The notes beneath the pieces are model-generated. The model did not search any database, was not told the origin of the DNA, and saw only the letters and a program-made list of their open reading frames with translations. A program made the position numbers and the translations under genes. This document shows, piece by piece, positions 59,031 through 64,000 of a DNA stretch of 64,000 nt. Position 1 is the stretch's first letter; each line of letters starts with the position of its first letter. This DNA comes from Nitrospirota bacterium (GTDB taxonomy: Bacteria; Nitrospirota; UBA9217), in the NCBI GenBank assembly GCA_963663225.1, contig OY760142.1:2240001-2304000 (forward strand), given 5' to 3'.

Positions 59031-60953
59031 ATGACTGCGGAAAAAATAGAATTCAAAACTGAAGTAAAAGAACTGTTGAATCTGATGATCCATTCGCTCT
59101 ATTCCCATAAGGAAATTTTTCTGCGGGAACTTATTTCCAACGCGTCCGATGCCATCGACAAAGCGCGTTATGAAGCTCTGACGAACAAGGAGATTCTCAG
59201 CAATACCGGCGAAGGCAAAATCAAACTGATTGCCGACAAAACAGCCGGAACGCTGACGATCCGGGACAACGGCATCGGCATGACGCATGACGAGGTCATC
59301 GCTGAACTCGGGACGATCGCGCATTCAGGCACCAAGGATTTCCTGCGTGCATTGCAGGACAAGGCCGTGAAAGACAGGCCGGAGCTTATCGGCCAGTTTG
59401 GTGTCGGATTTTACTCCGCTTTCATGATCGCAGACAAGGTAACGGTTATTACGCGAAAAGCCACTGAAAAAACGACCAAAGCCGTTACCTGGGAATCCAC
59501 TGCCGATGGGTCCTATACCATCGATGAGACGGAAAAAGAGCAGGCAGGATCTGACGTGATCCTGCATCTCAAACAGGAAGAAAAAAAGTACCTGGACGAA
59601 TGGGAAATCCGGTCAATTATCAGAAAATACTCCGATTACATCGAATATCCGATTGTAATGGATGTTGTACATGAGAAAGAAGATCCCCAGGACAAAAACA
59701 AAAAAATCAAAACAACGGAAGAAGAAACACTCAATTCGCAAAAAGCCATCTGGCTCCGGGACCAAGCAGAGGTGACGGCGGAAGAGTACGGCAACTTCTA
59801 TCGGCATGTTTCACACGACATGGGAGAACCTGCAAAGGTCATCCATTACCGGGCGGAGGGAACATCGGAATTTACCGCCCTCCTTTATATTCCTTCGAAG
59901 GCCCCTTATGGTATCCTGTACCAGGACTACAAGATCGGTCCTATCCTGTACGTAAAACGTGTCCAGATCATGGACCATTGCGAACAGCTGATTCCCGCCT
60001 ATTTGCGGTTCTTAAAAGGGGTGGTTGACTCTTCAGATCTTCCCCTGAATGTATCCCGTGAAATTCTTCAATCCAACAAGCAGATCGAGGTCATCAAGAA
60101 AAACATTACCAAAAAAGTGCTTGATACCCTGGCGGACATGAAAAAAAGCGACTATGACTCCTACGTGAAATTCCACCAGGAATTCGGCAGAGTCTTGAAA
60201 GAAGGCATCCATTTTGACTTTTCGAGAAGGGAACAGATTGCCGACCTGCTTCTATTCCGGTCAACCAAAACGGCGATTGATAAATTTACCACACTGGAAG
60301 ACTATGTGAAGAACATGCCTATCGCGCAGTCTGACATTTATTATATTCTCGGCAAACCTGATGAAAATGTATTGCAGTCTCCGTATCTCGAAGCATTTCA
60401 GGAAAAAGGGTATGAAGTCCTTGTGTTGACGGATGATATCGATGATATTATCATGGCGGGCCTGCAGGAATACAAGGGCAAGAAAATCAAGTCCGTCGTG
60501 AAAGGCGACATTGTTCTCGACAAAACGGCAGGCCAGGATAAGGAACAATCGAAGCAGAAACTCGAAAAACTGCTCACGCTGATCAAAGAACAGCTCAAGG
60601 ATGAAGTGAAGGATGTGCGGCTGTCCAGCAGGCTTACGGACTCTGCGTGCTGTCTGGTGGCTGATGAAGGAGGACTGGATCCCCAGATGGAAAAGTTGCT
60701 GAAGTCCATGGGGCAGGACATCCCGGTTACAAAAAGGATCCTGGAAGTCAATCCGACCCATCAGGTCTTTGAGGCCATGAATGCGCTGCTGGAAAAAGGC
60801 GGCAATGATCAGCTCCTGAAAGAATACATAGACCTGTTGTACAATCAGTCACTTCTGCTCGAAGGCTCCAAGGTAAAAGAACCGGCGTCTTTCGCTAAAA
60901 CAATGGCGAAACTTATGCTGGAGAATGCAAAACATCACACTGCATCGCATTAA
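59031..60953 (+). CDS. htpG: Chaperone HtpG (Hsp90)
   Basis: YSHKEIFLRELISNASDA, DNGIGM, IGQFGVGFYS, DLPLNVSREILQ. Confidence 0.97.
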   Translation: MTAEKIEFKTEVKELLNLMIHSLYSHKEIFLRELISNASDAIDKARYEALTNKEILSNTGEGKIKLIADKTAGTLTIRDNGIGMTHDEVIAELGTIAHSGTKDFLRALQDKAVKDRPELIGQFGVGFYSAFMIADKVTVITRKATEKTTKAVTWESTADGSYTIDETEKEQAGSDVILHLKQEEKKYLDEWEIRSIIRKYSDYIEYPIVMDVVHEKEDPQDKNKKIKTTEEETLNSQKAIWLRDQAEVTAEEYGNFYRHVSHDMGEPAKVIHYRAEGTSEFTALLYIPSKAPYGILYQDYKIGPILYVKRVQIMDHCEQLIPAYLRFLKGVVDSSDLPLNVSREILQSNKQIEVIKKNITKKVLDTLADMKKSDYDSYVKFHQEFGRVLKEGIHFDFSRREQIADLLLFRSTKTAIDKFTTLEDYVKNMPIAQSDIYYILGKPDENVLQSPYLEAFQEKGYEVLVLTDDIDDIIMAGLQEYKGKKIKSVVKGDIVLDKTAGQDKEQSKQKLEKLLTLIKEQLKDEVKDVRLSSRLTDSACCLVADEGGLDPQMEKLLKSMGQDIPVTKRILEVNPTHQVFEAMNALLEKGGNDQLLKEYIDLLYNQSLLLEGSKVKEPASFAKTMAKLMLENAKHHTASH

Positions 60954-60965
60954 GCAGAAATATTC

Positions 60966-61007
60966 CTTTCCCTGAGGCTGCTGTCGATTCTGCTTCCTCA
61001 GGGAAAG
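60966..61007 (+). terminator. Hairpin after htpG
   Basis: CTTTCCCTGAGG-18 nt-CCTCAGGGAAAG. Confidence 0.55.
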
Positions 61008-61188
61008 ATATCTTTCCGAATTTTTCTCTCAGAGTCATTCCAGGCACGGAATGCCTGACGTATTGTACTCTCCTAGTGCTCCATTCGTTTTTTATTGTTT
61101 CCTTCACAAAACCGATACTTGTGCTATGCTTAACAAAAGCACTTTTTGTCATGTGCTGTATCAAAGACTTCTATTTGGAGGAATTATA

Positions 61189-62121
61189 ATGAAAATCGGA
61201 ATTATCGGGACCGGTGCCGTTGGTGCAGCTTGCACATTATCAGCCATTATGCGGGGATGCGCCCGGGAAATCGTTTTGGTGGACAAAATCAGGTCCCGCG
61301 CGAAAGCAGTGGCAACGGACATGCGGTACGGTCTGCCGCTTTCTCCTACCCTGGACGTGCGTGATGGTGATTACTCAGATTTGTCAGGTTCAGCCCTGGT
61401 CATGATTACCGCGGGCGTCAATGAAAAAACGGGGGGTGCTGTTGACCGCAATGATCCCGCAGGACGGCTGCGATTGCTGGGTACGAACACGGAGGTCTAT
61501 AAGGAAATCGTACCTAAGGTTGTGAAGGCCGCCCCGGATGCCGTCATCATGGTTGTGACCGATCCTCCTGACCCTCTGGCGGACATTGCGAGGAACCTCG
61601 CAGGACATGACCGGGTGGTCAGCACCGGCACCTATCTGGACAGCCTTCGGTTTCGGGTGCATCTTGCCAGAAAACTCTCCGTGAGTGCCGCGTGCATCGA
61701 TGCCTATGTCGTGGGAGAGCACGGGACATCACAGGTTTTTCTCTGGTCGTCGGCTCGCGTGAGCGGAGCGCCTTTTTGCGAACTGCTGGACCAATGCGAT
61801 GCTTCGCCGGAAGCGTTTTATGCTGAGGTGGAAAATGAGGTCCGGTATGCCAATATCAGCATTATCGAGGGGAATAACGCCAGCCAGTACGGGATTGGAA
61901 TGACGTGCGCCCGGATCGCGGAAATAATTCTGAACGATGAACATGCGGTGATTCCCGTGGGGTCTTATAACAAAGAATACGGCGTAACCCTGTCGCTGCC
62001 GAGCGTCCTCCACCGCTACGGAGTAAAGCGCATTCTGGAACCGGACATGACCGCCGACGAACGCGCAAAGCTGCGGCAGAGTGCGGAGAAGATAAAAAAT
62101 GCACTGAGTGGAAAATTTTGA
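61189..62121 (+). CDS. LDH/MDH family 2-hydroxyacid dehydrogenase
   Basis: IGTGAVG, ITAG, GTYLDSLRF, GEHG. RBS GGAGG before ATG 61189. Confidence 0.85.
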   Translation: MKIGIIGTGAVGAACTLSAIMRGCAREIVLVDKIRSRAKAVATDMRYGLPLSPTLDVRDGDYSDLSGSALVMITAGVNEKTGGAVDRNDPAGRLRLLGTNTEVYKEIVPKVVKAAPDAVIMVVTDPPDPLADIARNLAGHDRVVSTGTYLDSLRFRVHLARKLSVSAACIDAYVVGEHGTSQVFLWSSARVSGAPFCELLDQCDASPEAFYAEVENEVRYANISIIEGNNASQYGIGMTCARIAEIILNDEHAVIPVGSYNKEYGVTLSLPSVLHRYGVKRILEPDMTADERAKLRQSAEKIKNALSGKF

Positions 62122-62380
62122 AAATCAGTGACGAAATATTTTGTAAATGGACAACCTTCACGAACGTGCACCCCGGCCAACAATAGTACTTCAGGAAATA
62201 TTGTTTTCATTGTCGTTGATATGCTGTTTTTCTATTTCTTTTATTCAATGATTATTTCTGTACTATGCGTCGTAGCTTCGTATAAGTTGGCTCTAATAAA
62301 TTTTAAATTCTTGTTGTACCTTTCTCCAACAGTACATATAATATCACGGTGTATAAGAAAATCGAAGAGACGGAGGACCT

Positions 62381-63406
62381 ATGAAGAAACTGTTTGTGTG
62401 TATAATCATCTTCACCTGCCTGTCCTTTTCCACATCGGTGTTTTCTGAAACGAAATCATTGCCATCACTGAATTACGAGAAAAAAGAGCTACTGCTCGGT
62501 TATGCCGGGGAAGTCTTGTCTGCTGCTTTCAGTCCGGATGGAAAAATAATGGCAATTGGAACATCTGATAAGAAAGTTGTCATTTGGGACGTTGCAACAT
62601 GGAAAATAATCAAGTTGCTTGATGCAAATAACGATCGTGTTACGGCACTGGCGTTTTCTCCTGATGGGAAACTACTTGCATCAGGAGACAGACGGAATAT
62701 GGTGTATTTCCTGGACGCCGCCACCTGGAAAACAGTGAACAAAATGAAAGCTTACAGCGATATAGAGTCTCTCTCCTTTAATCAGGACGGCAGTCTTCTT
62801 GCAATAGCATGTGGCAGGGAAAAGGCAATGCTTTGGGATGTACAGAAAAATCAGTTGCGTAAAGACCTGGTTGGTCATACGGGAGATGTAAAAGCGATAG
62901 CGTTCAGTCCTGATGGAACACAGGTGGCGACCGGCGGCAGAGATAACAGCGTAATTATCTGGAACTCAAGTACGGGCGAAAAAATTAAAATGTTGCCGGG
63001 ACATGCTGGTACGGTCGAAAAGATCGTCTACAGCCCGGACGGGAAATATCTTGCATCAGGAGGATCAGACAACGTTGTAATGGTCTGGGATGCAACTTCG
63101 GGAAAAGCTATTCAGCGGCTCTCCGGACACTCAGACAGGATTTGTGCGTTGGAATATTTGCCGCAGACTGACATCCTGGTGTCGGGAAGCTGCCGGATCT
63201 TTCTGGGACCGTTTTTCAGACCTTCCTATGTGGCAGGTAGCGGTTGTAATGTTATTTTCTGGAATACCGGAACAGGCAAACAGATGAAAACCATGGATGC
63301 GGATTGCAGCCTTACTTGTGCCGCATTCAGCTCCGGAGGGAAATACTTAGCAGTCGGCAATGCTGTTGGCAGCGGTCAATTCATCACGGTGTATGAAAGA
63401 AAATAA
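62381..63406 (+). CDS. Exported WD40-repeat beta-propeller protein
   Basis: Signal peptide and about 7 GH...FSPDG...WD repeats. Confidence 0.9.
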   Translation: MKKLFVCIIIFTCLSFSTSVFSETKSLPSLNYEKKELLLGYAGEVLSAAFSPDGKIMAIGTSDKKVVIWDVATWKIIKLLDANNDRVTALAFSPDGKLLASGDRRNMVYFLDAATWKTVNKMKAYSDIESLSFNQDGSLLAIACGREKAMLWDVQKNQLRKDLVGHTGDVKAIAFSPDGTQVATGGRDNSVIIWNSSTGEKIKMLPGHAGTVEKIVYSPDGKYLASGGSDNVVMVWDATSGKAIQRLSGHSDRICALEYLPQTDILVSGSCRIFLGPFFRPSYVAGSGCNVIFWNTGTGKQMKTMDADCSLTCAAFSSGGKYLAVGNAVGSGQFITVYERK

Positions 63407-63448
63407 AACCGTTGTGATCCTGTACTAAGAAAAACATCAAACAGCACT

Positions 63449-64000
63449 ATGAACACGCCAATTAAACTCCTGGCCATCATAGGCAGCTATCGCAAAGGCG
63501 GCATGATAGACGCTACCATCGATGAAATGCTTGCCGCAGCCCGTGAAGCTGGTGCAGATACAGCGAAGATTTATTTGCTTGATAAGCATATCGAATTTTG
63601 CACAAACTGCCGAACCTGCACGCAGCAGGTCGGGGAAACGCGCGGTATCTGCATTTTTCAAGATGATATGACCGGCATTCTTGTGGAAATAGAGCGTTCA
63701 GATGTGATTGTGCTCTGTTCACCAGTGAATTTCTGGACTGTCACGGCGGTGATGAAACGATTTATTGAACGGCTGGTCTGCCTTGCCTACTGGCCCTGGG
63801 GAATGGCGGCACCGAAGCCACGAATCGCAGGAAAACAAAAGCGAGCCGTAGTAGTCACTTCATCTGCAGCGCCTGCATTTGTCGCACGTCTGGGAACGCA
63901 GCTTGTAAGCCATTTTAAGAAAGTTGCAAGGCTTCTTGGCGCCAGAGTGGTTGGCGTGATTTCCATAGGACTGGCGGCATCAAAACAACATCAAAAACCG
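63449..64000 (+). CDS. Flavodoxin-like/iron-sulfur flavoprotein family protein (3' truncated by window edge, absent from ORF track)
   Basis: MNTPIKLLAIIGSYRKGG...FCTNCRTC...CIFQDDM...SPVNF...MKRFIERL. Frame stays open to the end of the window. Confidence 0.85.
   Translation, partial: MNTPIKLLAIIGSYRKGGMIDATIDEMLAAAREAGADTAKIYLLDKHIEFCTNCRTCTQQVGETRGICIFQDDMTGILVEIERSDVIVLCSPVNFWTVTAVMKRFIERLVCLAYWPWGMAAPKPRIAGKQKRAVVVTSSAAPAFVARLGTQLVSHFKKVARLLGARVVGVISIGLAASKQHQKP

Noticed and set aside
1-64000. CRISPR arrays, rRNA, transposases, integrases, tRNA-Sec or sel genes
   Set aside because: None seen by eye in this window. Sec machinery must be elsewhere in the genome if the operon is functional.

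Overview
Ordinary bacterial chromosome, probably from an anaerobe or microaerophile of the Nitrospirota/Desulfobacterota type (inferred from gene content only). Housekeeping and metabolic genes include glyS, ppdK, rlmN, dtd, tRNA-Leu, bamD, trxC, leuCD/leuB, pta-ackA, btsT-btsSR, two asd paralogs, suhB, two tupA, mop and htpG. An AT-richer accessory stretch lies between tRNA-Leu (17.8 kb) and bamD (29 kb). The main result is a hidden selenoprotein operon at about 25.2-28.4 kb that the ORF track splits or truncates. It has an ArsR/SmtB repressor with a clear promoter and operator, a small membrane protein, and four consecutive genes carrying five in-frame TGA codons. Each TGA is followed by a hairpin whose G-containing loop starts 18-22 nt downstream, the geometry of a bacterial SECIS. 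Read as Sec, the genes give a UxxxC protein, a MerT-like transporter with CU in place of CC, a DUF5714-DUF2284 fusion with two Sec, and a thioredoxin-like protein with GFS-U-RTY. This suggests a selenium-based heavy-metal/metalloid handling system. Lesser findings include a five-lipoprotein islet (2x Bor-like, CsgG, DUF4810, DUF799), a frameshifted btsT with a BtsR-type operator, an orphan CI/Cro-like pair, and small ORFs missing from the track. All family calls are by motif recognition; no searches were run.
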